Source of the DNA: Bacilli bacterium
Lineage (GTDB): Bacteria > Bacillota_I > Bacilli_A > RFN20 > CAG-826
Direction of reading: 5' to 3'
Length of the DNA stretch: 64,000 nt
Assembly (NCBI GenBank): GCA_034185265.1
Contig: JAXFZD010000018.1
Location: forward strand, 13,388 to 77,387
Below the pieces are notes generated by a model. The model made no database searches and was not told the origin of the DNA. It saw nothing but the letters and a program-made list of their open reading frames with translations. Below are positions 53,458-60,298 of the stretch, piece after piece (position 1 is the first letter of the stretch; each line of letters begins with the position of its first letter). The translations under genes were made by a program, and so were the position numbers.

Positions 53458-53731
53458 TTTCTTCTCCCTGTCTTTTTAAAGTTGATTATTCTATCACATT
53501 AAATTTATTTAGGAAGAAAAGTACGTATAAACTATCTTATATTATCTTTTATAAGAAATGTCTTTACTCCTATATTCTCTATATTCGTTTTCTACATTAG
53601 AAGCAAAAATATTATCAACTGATTCGAAGTAACTAAAAGAAGGGGCTGTTAATAAACCTATAAAAAAGTCATTAATAAAGGCTAAGACATAATCTCTACA
53701 TACTTTGTCGTTTTCTCGCCTGTTCGCAAAT

Positions 53732-53756
53732 AAAAAACCGAGATTTTACACTCGGT
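53732..53756 (-). terminator. Intrinsic terminator after peptide gene 1
   Basis: ACCGAG-attttaca-CTCGGT with an A-run; related copies near 54133, 54906, 55451 and 56022. Confidence 0.75.
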
Positions 53757-53777
53757 CATGATTAAATAATTAAAGTA

Positions 53778-54071
53778 TTAATGTGGGCAGTAATTATCTC
53801 CCCATTTGTGGCCACAACTTTTACAAGTGGATATATTGCCGTCTTTTACAACATTGTTACTACCACATTTTGGGCAATCAAACGGATTGACTTTATCGCC
53901 AATATCGGAAATAACGCTACATGCGCCTCCGCCAGCGACAACTTTTAGTTGTTCATCAGTAAGTTCAACGCCTTCTTCTTTTGCTAATGCTAAAAGTTCT
54001 TCATGATTTTTGCACTCTTTTACTTTAGCGATTTGTTCTTCAGTTAAACCTTTTAGTAATTCTTTTTCCAT
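53778..54071 (-). CDS. Nif11-like leader / zinc-ribbon peptide 1
   Basis: MEKELLKGLTEEQIAKVK...ELTDEQLKVVAGG leader; core CPKCGS...CKSCGHKW; AAGGAG RBS. Confidence 0.85.
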   Translation of the reverse strand: MEKELLKGLTEEQIAKVKECKNHEELLALAKEEGVELTDEQLKVVAGGGACSVISDIGDKVNPFDCPKCGSNNVVKDGNISTCKSCGHKWGDNYCPH

Positions 54072-54096
54072 TTTCAAGTTCTCCTTTATTAGTTAT

Positions 54097-54131
54097 ATGT
54101 TATCACAGGGTTTGTCACAAATGTGCCACAA
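54097..54131 (-). promoter_or_regulatory. Conserved promoter box, copy 1
   Basis: TTGTGGCAcatTTGTGACA, 7 bp, TGaTAACAT. Confidence 0.75.
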
Positions 54132-54210
54132 TAAACCGAGATATTTCATTCTGTTTAATTTTGTAAAGTAATTTATTTTTTTCTGATTAAAAACTTAGTT
54201 AGTGCAGATA

Positions 54211-54495
54211 TTATTTATTAACAATCCAAACAAAACCACAATCTTTACAGGTGTTATTCCACCATTCTGCAATAGAATTTTCATTATATTTGGTTTTTAT
54301 GCTGCGAGAACCGCATTTTGGGCAGATAAAAGTTGGTGTGCTTGTGCAAATTCCACCATTAACAGCTTCAAGTTGTTCTTCGGTGAGTTTAATATCTTCT
54401 TCTTTGGCTAAGTTCAATAACTCTTCTTGATTCTTACATGCTTTGACTTTAGCGATTTGTTCTTCGGTTAAACCTTTTAGTAATTCTTTTTTCAT
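54211..54495 (-). CDS. Nif11-like leader / zinc-ribbon peptide 2
   Basis: Leader ending LTEEQLEAVNGG; core CPKCGS...CKDCGFVW; AAGGAG RBS. Confidence 0.85.
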   Translation of the reverse strand: MKKELLKGLTEEQIAKVKACKNQEELLNLAKEEDIKLTEEQLEAVNGGICTSTPTFICPKCGSRSIKTKYNENSIAEWWNNTCKDCGFVWIVNK

Positions 54496-54575
54496 TTTCT
54501 AGTTCTCCTTTATTTGAAGTAATTTATTTTGTTAGATAAATCTTTTTGTACGATTCTAATACGTCCGTGTTTATA

Positions 54576-54845
54576 TTATAAAGACCACTCGTGACCACAT
54601 TGATTACATTTATAAGATGAGCAACCACTCACTTGATAAATTGGCAATTTTCTATAATCTTTTGAACCACATGCTGGACATTTAAAACTTGAGAAACATC
54701 CACCACCATTAACAGCTTCAAGTTGTTCGTCAGTAAGTTCAATACCTTCTTGTTTAACTAAGGCCAAAAATTCTTCTTGATTCTTACAAGCTTTAACTTT
54801 AGCGACTTGTTCTTTAGTTAAACCTTTTAATAGTTCCTTTTTCAT
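54576..54845 (-). CDS. Nif11-like leader / zinc-ribbon peptide 3
   Basis: Leader ending ELTDEQLEAVNGG; core CPACGS...CNQCGHEW. Confidence 0.85.
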   Translation of the reverse strand: MKKELLKGLTKEQVAKVKACKNQEEFLALVKQEGIELTDEQLEAVNGGGCFSSFKCPACGSKDYRKLPIYQVSGCSSYKCNQCGHEWSL

Positions 54846-54870
54846 ATCAAAGTTCTCCTTTGTTGGTTAT

Positions 54871-54905
54871 ATGTTATCACAGGGTTTGTCACAAATGTGC
54901 CACAA
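54871..54905 (-). promoter_or_regulatory. Conserved promoter box, copy 2 (identical to copy 1)
   Basis: TTGTGGCAcatTTGTGACA, 7 bp, TGaTAACAT. Confidence 0.75.
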
Positions 54906-54938
54906 AAAACCGAGCAATGACCGGTTATACTCGTTTGT

Positions 54939-55223
54939 TCAATTGTAATTTTCAATTTTATATCCACAGCTTTGACAGATATAATAGGTACCTTTGTCTT
55001 TAATATTATTACTACCACATCTTGGACAATCATATGGATTGATATAATCTCCAAAATCTGAAATAGCGCTACAAGCACCTCCACCACTAATGGCAGATAA
55101 TTGTTCTTCGGTTAATTCGATATCTTCTTCTTTTGCAAGTTTTAAAAGTTCTTCGTGATTTTTACATGCTTTAACTTTTGCAATTTGATCTCTGGTTAAA
55201 CCTTTTAATAATTCTTTTTTCAT
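54939..55223 (-). CDS. Nif11-like leader / zinc-ribbon peptide 4
   Basis: Start MKKELL at 55223 behind AAGGAG; leader ending ELTEEQLSAISGG; core CPRCGS...CQSCGY. Confidence 0.85.
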   Translation of the reverse strand: MKKELLKGLTRDQIAKVKACKNHEELLKLAKEEDIELTEEQLSAISGGGACSAISDFGDYINPYDCPRCGSNNIKDKGTYYICQSCGYKIENYN

Positions 55224-55246
55224 TTTCAAGTTCTCCTTTGCTAAAC

Positions 55247-55452
55247 ATATCTTATCACTATGGTTGCCACAAAAGTGCCACAAGAAAAGACCTCGTAAGA
55301 TGCCTAATCTATACTGGATAAGTCGTTTTGTCCAACTTCGGATAAGTGACTTTGGACGACGACAGTAGCTGTAGTTACACAAACTCACTTATCAAGAATT
55401 GCACAAAAGTCTCTATCCGTATTATGTCGTGATTTGATTCATTCGCGAACAA
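55247..55452. repeat. ~206-bp intergenic repeat, copy A (includes promoter box 55249-55283)
   Basis: Nearly identical to 55814-56020; promoter TTGTGGCActtTTGTGGCA, 7 bp, TGaTAAGAT. Confidence 0.9.
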
Positions 55453-55473
55453 AAACCGAGATATTTCACTCGG
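55451..55473 (-). terminator. Intrinsic terminator after peptide gene 5
   Basis: AAAAACCGAG-atatttca-CTCGG. Confidence 0.75.
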
Positions 55474-55506
55474 CTTTTCAATTGATTAAATTTAAAAATA
55501 GATAAC

Positions 55507-55791
55507 TTAGTCGGTGGATTTAATATTAAATTCTCTACCACAATCTTTGCACTTAAAGATGCTAACTTTATTACCAGAGTATTTGTTTTTAACATTAGTG
55601 CTTCCACATGATGGGCATGGCGGACAATTATCTGTGTTAGAACACGCTCCACCATTAACAGCTTCTAGTTGTTCGCTAGTGAGTTCCAAATCTTCTTGTT
55701 TAGCTAAAGCCAACAATTCTTCATGATTCTTACATGCCTTAACTTTGGCGATCTGTTCGTTAGTTAAACCTTTTAATAATTCTTTTTTCAT
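55507..55791 (-). CDS. Nif11-like leader / zinc-ribbon peptide 5
   Basis: Leader ending ELTSEQLEAVNGG; core CPPCPSCGS...CKDCGREF. Confidence 0.85.
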   Translation of the reverse strand: MKKELLKGLTNEQIAKVKACKNHEELLALAKQEDLELTSEQLEAVNGGACSNTDNCPPCPSCGSTNVKNKYSGNKVSIFKCKDCGREFNIKSTD

Positions 55792-55813
55792 GTTATGTAC
55801 TCCCTATTTATTT

Positions 55814-56020
55814 ATATCTTATCACTACGGTTGTCACAAAAGTGCCACAAGAAAAGACCTCACACGGAGGCCTCATCTATGTTGGATAAGTCGTTTTGTG
55901 CAAAACCGGATGAGTGACTTTGGACAACGGCAGTAGCTGTAGTTACACAAACTCATTTATCAAGAATTGCACAAAAGTCTCTATCCGTATTATGTCGTGT
56001 TTATAAGCATTCGCGAACAA
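55814..56020. repeat. ~207-bp intergenic repeat, copy B (includes promoter box 55816-55850)
   Basis: Nearly identical to 55247-55452; promoter TTGTGGCActtTTGTGACA, 7 bp, TGaTAAGAT. Confidence 0.9.
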
Positions 56021-56079
56021 GAAAAAACCGAACTTTTCCACTCAAAATTCATTCATCTAGCCGGGTTTTGCAGGGGTTT

Positions 56080-56598
56080 TTACAATTTTAGGTAAGCCGG
56101 CATCTCATCGCCTTCTTTGAAACTTTCCGGATATTCAACGAAACCAAAGGATGCGTAAAGGTTCTTGGCCGCTTCGTTCTCTAACTCGTAATAGAGTGTG
56201 ACATATGCCCCTGGTCCGGCAGGCTGAGAACGGAAGAATTCGAGGATTTGTTGTAATGCCTCTTTTCCATAGCCGCGTCTTTGGTGGTGGCGGTCAATCA
56301 TAAGGCGCGCAATATGGTAAGAAGACTTGATGAAGGGAATCGGATTATCCTCTAAATAGGAATCGCGATCTCCAAAATAGCAAAGCAAGGTAAAACCGAC
56401 GATCTTCTTCCCGAAATAAATAGCAAAGGGCCAAGTCGGAACATTCTCCGTGGTGTTGAGATAAGCATGGGCCAAACTAAGCGTATTGGTCGCGATGAAA
56501 TTTCTTTGTTCTTTGTTCACTTGGAGGTGGATGACCCTCCAATAGTTATCCCATGTAACCTATTCCAAATGGATTTTAGGGGTTTCTTGTGTTTTCAT
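56080..56598 (-). pseudogene. GNAT acetyltransferase (spermidine N-acetyltransferase-like) with in-frame TAG at codon 13
   Basis: MKTQETPKIHLE*VTWDNYWRVIHLQVNKEQRNF...RLMIDRHHQRRGYG...NEAAKNLYASFGF; TAG at 56562-56560; visibly GC-richer than neighbours. Confidence 0.75.
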
Positions 56599-56703
56599 GC
56601 CTTCATTATAAATAGTTTTTTAGGACTTTAACAAGAAATCAGGGTTTGAAAGCAAAAAAGCCGCCATTCCTGACGACTTCTATTCAAACTGCCAAGGACG
56701 ATC

Positions 56704-56750
56704 CGTTTTGTCCAACTGAGGAACAACGACTTCGGACTACGACAGTAACA
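56704..56750. repeat. Diverged partial copy C of the intergenic repeat
   Basis: CGTTTTGTCCAACT...GACTTCGGACTACGACAGTA aligns to CGTTTTGTCCAACT...GACTTTGGACGACGACAGTA in copy A. Confidence 0.75.
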
Positions 56751-57016
56751 GGTATTTATGGTGGATCTGAAGTGTTACGATAATAACCCGCTACCTCTTA
56801 CATTTTCAGGACAATATAACTCATTTCCCCGTTTTTATTTCAGGTTCCACTATTATTAATGTTTCAAAACACCAATTTAATGTATTGAAATGTCAAATAA
56901 TTGGCGTTTTATACTAAGTTATTAGTATATTTCTATTTTTTTGTCTCTAATTATCAATATTCAATAATAATTGCAAAAAGGGACATTAGACTTTGCTTGA
57001 CACTATCATAGAAATA

Positions 57017-57916
57017 CTATAGCGAATTATCTCCATCCAAAATACACTTCAACTCTTCTTTTACATATGCAATATCGCTATTAGATAATAATGGAATAAT
57101 CTTTTGAATTTGGTTTGCGGTTTTATTCCACCACTGCAGTTTCTCTAAAAGCTCAATCGTTTCATCATCAAATCTTTTTCTAATAACTCTTGCCGGATTG
57201 CCTACCACAACTGAATATGGAGGAATATCAGAGGCCACTACTGCATTAGCCCCAATAATACATCCGTCCCCAACATGCACACCTGGAAGGAATGTGACGT
57301 TTTGCCCAATCCAAACATCGTTGCCAATAACCGTGTCACCCTTATAAGCCAAATCTTCTTTTTTGGGGGGATCTTGTTTCCAACCATTAAATATATAAAA
57401 AGGGTAAGTAGATACCGAATTCATTTGATGATTTGCGCCGTTCATAATGAACTCTACTCCTTTGCCTATTTGGCAAAACTTGCCAATGATCAATTTATCA
57501 CCGATAAAATCATAATGATGAGTGACATGTCTTTGGAAATTCTCTCCATCAAAATAAGTATACTCACCAACGGTAATGTTTGGGTTAGCAATCACTGTTG
57601 GTTTGACATACACCACACTTTCATCACGAGATTTTAATGGGTGAATCTTTCTCCAATCTGGTTTATCGGCTTTATCCGCTTTAATCATCAATTCTTCACT
57701 TTCAGCATCTGATAAATCTAAAAATTCGTTCGCATTAACTTTGAAAATGATTATTAATTTAAGAACAATATCAAAAGATATATCGGTTTGGCCTGTCTCT
57801 ATCTTATTAATCATCGATTTATGAGTGTAACCAAGAGCCTCTGCAAATTCTTGCTGAGTCATATTGTTTTCTAAACGAATCTTTTTGATTCTATCTCCTA
57901 ATACTTTGTACGCCAT
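57017..57916 (-). CDS. XRE HTH fused to Vat/CatB-family (streptogramin A-type) O-acetyltransferase
   Basis: IKKIRLENNMTQQEFAEALGY...INKIE.G HTH; HHYDFIGDKLIIGKFCQI...NGANH...STYPF...GDTVIGNDVWIG. Confidence 0.85.
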   Translation of the reverse strand: MAYKVLGDRIKKIRLENNMTQQEFAEALGYTHKSMINKIETGQTDISFDIVLKLIIIFKVNANEFLDLSDAESEELMIKADKADKPDWRKIHPLKSRDESVVYVKPTVIANPNITVGEYTYFDGENFQRHVTHHYDFIGDKLIIGKFCQIGKGVEFIMNGANHQMNSVSTYPFYIFNGWKQDPPKKEDLAYKGDTVIGNDVWIGQNVTFLPGVHVGDGCIIGANAVVASDIPPYSVVVGNPARVIRKRFDDETIELLEKLQWWNKTANQIQKIIPLLSNSDIAYVKEELKCILDGDNSL

Positions 57917-57928
57917 AAATGTCTCCTT

Positions 57929-57979
57929 TTTAATTTGATCGAATTCGACCCCTTAAACCCATCGAAATTGACCAGTTTA
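57929..57979. repeat. Two tandem copies of the kilA-N internal palindrome
   Basis: ATCGAATTCGAC (57938-57949) and ATCGAAATTGAC (57961-57972) with TTAAA-like flanks; compare GGGTCGAATTCGACCC at 58587-58602. Confidence 0.7.
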
Positions 57980-58798
57980 CTTCTTTTCAATCCTCTTTAA
58001 TGATTTAACATTATTCTTATTGAATAATTCTTTTTCTCTATTTGCTTCTTTATTAAGAAGAACTAGTCTTTCTTGCTGAGATAGTTTTTGAGCAATTAAC
58101 ATTGAGCTCAAATACTCAAGGTTGCTAAGAATCGCTAACTCAATAGTATTTGCGTAATCTCTGATATTGCCTTCTTTATTTTGATTCATATCTCTCCACT
58201 CTTTTGCGGTTTTACCAAACAGCGCAACATTTAATAAATCTGCTTCACTAGCGTAAATAAAACTCTTTTGTACATTTGTTAATTCAACAGGAACCAAATA
58301 TTCCTTAACAGCATCAGTATGAATGAGATAATTTAACTTTGTTAATAATCTCTTACCATTCCATTCAAGTTGTTCTGATTCTTGAACTTTTAATCTTTGG
58401 AACTCCTTGATGATGTATAGTTTTACTTCTGCAGAAATCCAAGACGCAAATTCAAGAGCAATATCGTGATGGGCAAAAGTACCACCATTTTTAGTTGGTT
58501 TTGTCCTAATTCCAATTGCATTAAATTCATTAATCCACCTAGTTGGTGACATAGTAAATGAATTCTTGCCAGACTCCGCTAATAGGGGGTCGAATTCGAC
58601 CCGGTTAAAATTTGGATTATTCAGCGTTTCCCAAATTCCAAGGAACTCTAGGGATGACCTAAGTCTCATCCAGTTTTTGACAACATCTTTAGGCTCTTTT
58701 GCGTTTTTAGCTCTTGCAATATCAGTAAGACTAATATAATCATCATCCCCAATACCTGTGACATTAATATCAATATTTTTAACAGTGATTTTATTCAT
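57977..58798 (-). CDS. KilA-N domain DNA-binding protein
   Basis: DYISLTDIAR, NWMR, EFLGIWE.LNNPNF..VEFD, GGTFAH.DIALEFASWIS. Confidence 0.9.
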   Translation of the reverse strand: MNKITVKNIDINVTGIGDDDYISLTDIARAKNAKEPKDVVKNWMRLRSSLEFLGIWETLNNPNFNRVEFDPLLAESGKNSFTMSPTRWINEFNAIGIRTKPTKNGGTFAHHDIALEFASWISAEVKLYIIKEFQRLKVQESEQLEWNGKRLLTKLNYLIHTDAVKEYLVPVELTNVQKSFIYASEADLLNVALFGKTAKEWRDMNQNKEGNIRDYANTIELAILSNLEYLSSMLIAQKLSQQERLVLLNKEANREKELFNKNNVKSLKRIEKK

Positions 58799-58931
58799 AA
58801 AATGGTTCTCTTTTTATCAATCCTATTCTACCATATTTTAAAAATATATTCTACTTATGTATAAGGAAAAATCCTGATTTTTCAGGACTTCTTCTGCTTG
58901 TTTTTACTATATTTTTACCTAAATCCTTATG

Positions 58932-58985
58932 TTTTGGACTTGGGTAGCTGTAGTTGTCTAAACTCCTTTTTCCTCAGTTGTCTAA
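58932..58985. repeat. Diverged partial copy D of the intergenic repeat
   Basis: TTGGAC...GTAGCTGTAGTT....AAACTC shared with copies A and B. Confidence 0.6.
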
Positions 58986-59087
58986 TTTTCGCTTTCCTCT
59001 AAAAGCAATAAAAAAGCCACCCCGGGAAACGAACACGCTAAACATGTTTATGAAAAAGTGTGTTTTATAAATATGCCACGATTTTTT

Positions 59088-59591
59088 TCACGTTAATAAT
59101 TGTTGTAAGGAGTTAATAAATTCGTCTCCTTCTTTTCTACTAGAGAGAATGACTACGAGTTTAGCGCTTTTATATTTTTCTAAAAGCAATAAAACTCTTG
59201 GCCTTGTATTTTCGAACCAATTAATAATCCACTGTTTAAATTTTGGATCAAATACATCTTCTTTCCAAGGGATGTCTGGTCTGGACTTTCCAATTCTAGA
59301 TTCAGCACCTTCTAGACATACTTCGAGAGGGTAATCTAAGAACACTATTGTATCAGCCCTTTGCATTCTTATCTCGTATGTTCTTGAATAATCACCATCA
59401 ATTATCCATGAATCTTTAGAAAGTAGTTCGCTGAGTTTTGTATCAAACTCTTCACGAGTTATGTGTGTTCTATCTTTTTTCCAAAAAATATTATCAAGAT
59501 GGTATAAAGGCAACTTCAAAATATCTCTTAGTTTGCAAGACATACTAGATTTACCAGCACCACTTGGGCCAACTACTAGAACTTTATTCAT
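59088..59591 (-). CDS. Adenylate-kinase-like P-loop protein (FlaR-like)
   Basis: GPSGAGKS, HLDNIFW, WIIDGDY, ADTIVFLD. Confidence 0.85.
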   Translation of the reverse strand: MNKVLVVGPSGAGKSSMSCKLRDILKLPLYHLDNIFWKKDRTHITREEFDTKLSELLSKDSWIIDGDYSRTYEIRMQRADTIVFLDYPLEVCLEGAESRIGKSRPDIPWKEDVFDPKFKQWIINWFENTRPRVLLLLEKYKSAKLVVILSSRKEGDEFINSLQQLLT

Positions 59592-59905
59592 TAGAATATT
59601 TTCGTTAAAATGCTATCTTTTCTTGTGTCAATAATGTCATAAATAACAACATTATCATTTTCAACTTTGCAAAGAATTACATATCTTCCATCGTGAATAG
59701 GCATTTTCCTTACCTTAATATCTCTAATTAAAAGGCCTGGTACTTCAGGATATTTATTAAGAAAGGATGATAAGGATTTGATTGCATTTATCATTTCTTC
59801 ATAAAGGTGATTAGCGGCATCGCTAGATACATTATTCACAAACAAAACACATTCTGTGATGCTTGAATATGCTTTTTGAGTAATGATAATAGAATAATTA
59901 TTCAC
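59591..59905 (-). CDS. RelE/ParE-family toxin
   Basis: 104 aa; YSIIITQKA...IKSL...RYVIL.KV....V.IYDIIDTR; overlaps the upstream antitoxin. Confidence 0.75.
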   Translation of the reverse strand: MNNYSIIITQKAYSSITECVLFVNNVSSDAANHLYEEMINAIKSLSSFLNKYPEVPGLLIRDIKVRKMPIHDGRYVILCKVENDNVVIYDIIDTRKDSILTKIF

Positions 59906-60164
59906 GACCTAAAATCCTTTTTAAAGCAGCATCAAGTTCATCAACACTATAATATTTGGCGCCATTCTTTTGTTCTAATTCAATATCAAGAAGTCTTTCT
60001 TTTAATTCTAAAAGAGCCTGTTTCTTTTCAAAAGCCTCAATGGACATAACAACAAGATCACCTTCGCCATTTTTTGTTAAATAGATTGGTTCACCAGTGG
60101 CTTTACATTTTTCTGATATGTCGTTATATTGGTTTCTTAAAGATGTAGATGGCATAATTGTCAT
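59898..60164 (-). CDS. Phd/YefM-family antitoxin
   Basis: PSTSLRNQYNDISE.C..TGEPIYLTKNGEGDLVVMSIEAF; start at 60164 behind GGAGG. Confidence 0.88.
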   Translation of the reverse strand: MTIMPSTSLRNQYNDISEKCKATGEPIYLTKNGEGDLVVMSIEAFEKKQALLELKERLLDIELEQKNGAKYYSVDELDAALKRILGRE

Positions 60165-60185
60165 AACATATCCTCCTTGTGATAA

Positions 60186-60214
60186 TATTCTATCATAATA
60201 TTGATATGTATACA
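60186..60214 (-). promoter_or_regulatory. Promoter of the TA operon
   Basis: TTGTAT, 17-bp spacer, TAGAAT with TG extension; repeated AATATTAT boxes overlap it. Confidence 0.55.
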
Positions 60215-60228
60215 ATCAAATGTATGAG

Positions 60229-60285
60229 AAAAGGGGGTGTTCGAAAACTCATGAATGAAAAATGAGTGAAAGGACACCCCTTTTT
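60229..60285 (-). terminator. Inverted repeat/terminator downstream of the enoate-reductase gene
   Basis: AAAAGGGGGTGT...ACACCCCTTTTT. Confidence 0.6.
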
Positions 60286-60298
60286 ACTTAATCACAAT

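Noticed and set aside
53641-53656. AGGGGCTGTTAATAAA as an IS terminal repeat bounding the island
   Set aside because: No matching partner end, target duplication or transposase
54939-55388. 149-aa version of peptide 4
   Set aside because: The extra 55 codons run through the non-coding repeat and promoter; paralogy and RBS put the start at 55223
53690-56040. CRISPR array or classical integron attC cassettes
   Set aside because: Repeats are long and irregularly spaced; no cas or intI genes; no clear RYYYAAC/GTTRRRY boxes
56759-56790. tRNA 3' end or att site (...TCCACCA on the minus strand)
   Set aside because: No T-arm or cloverleaf, no second copy, no integrase; too short to support
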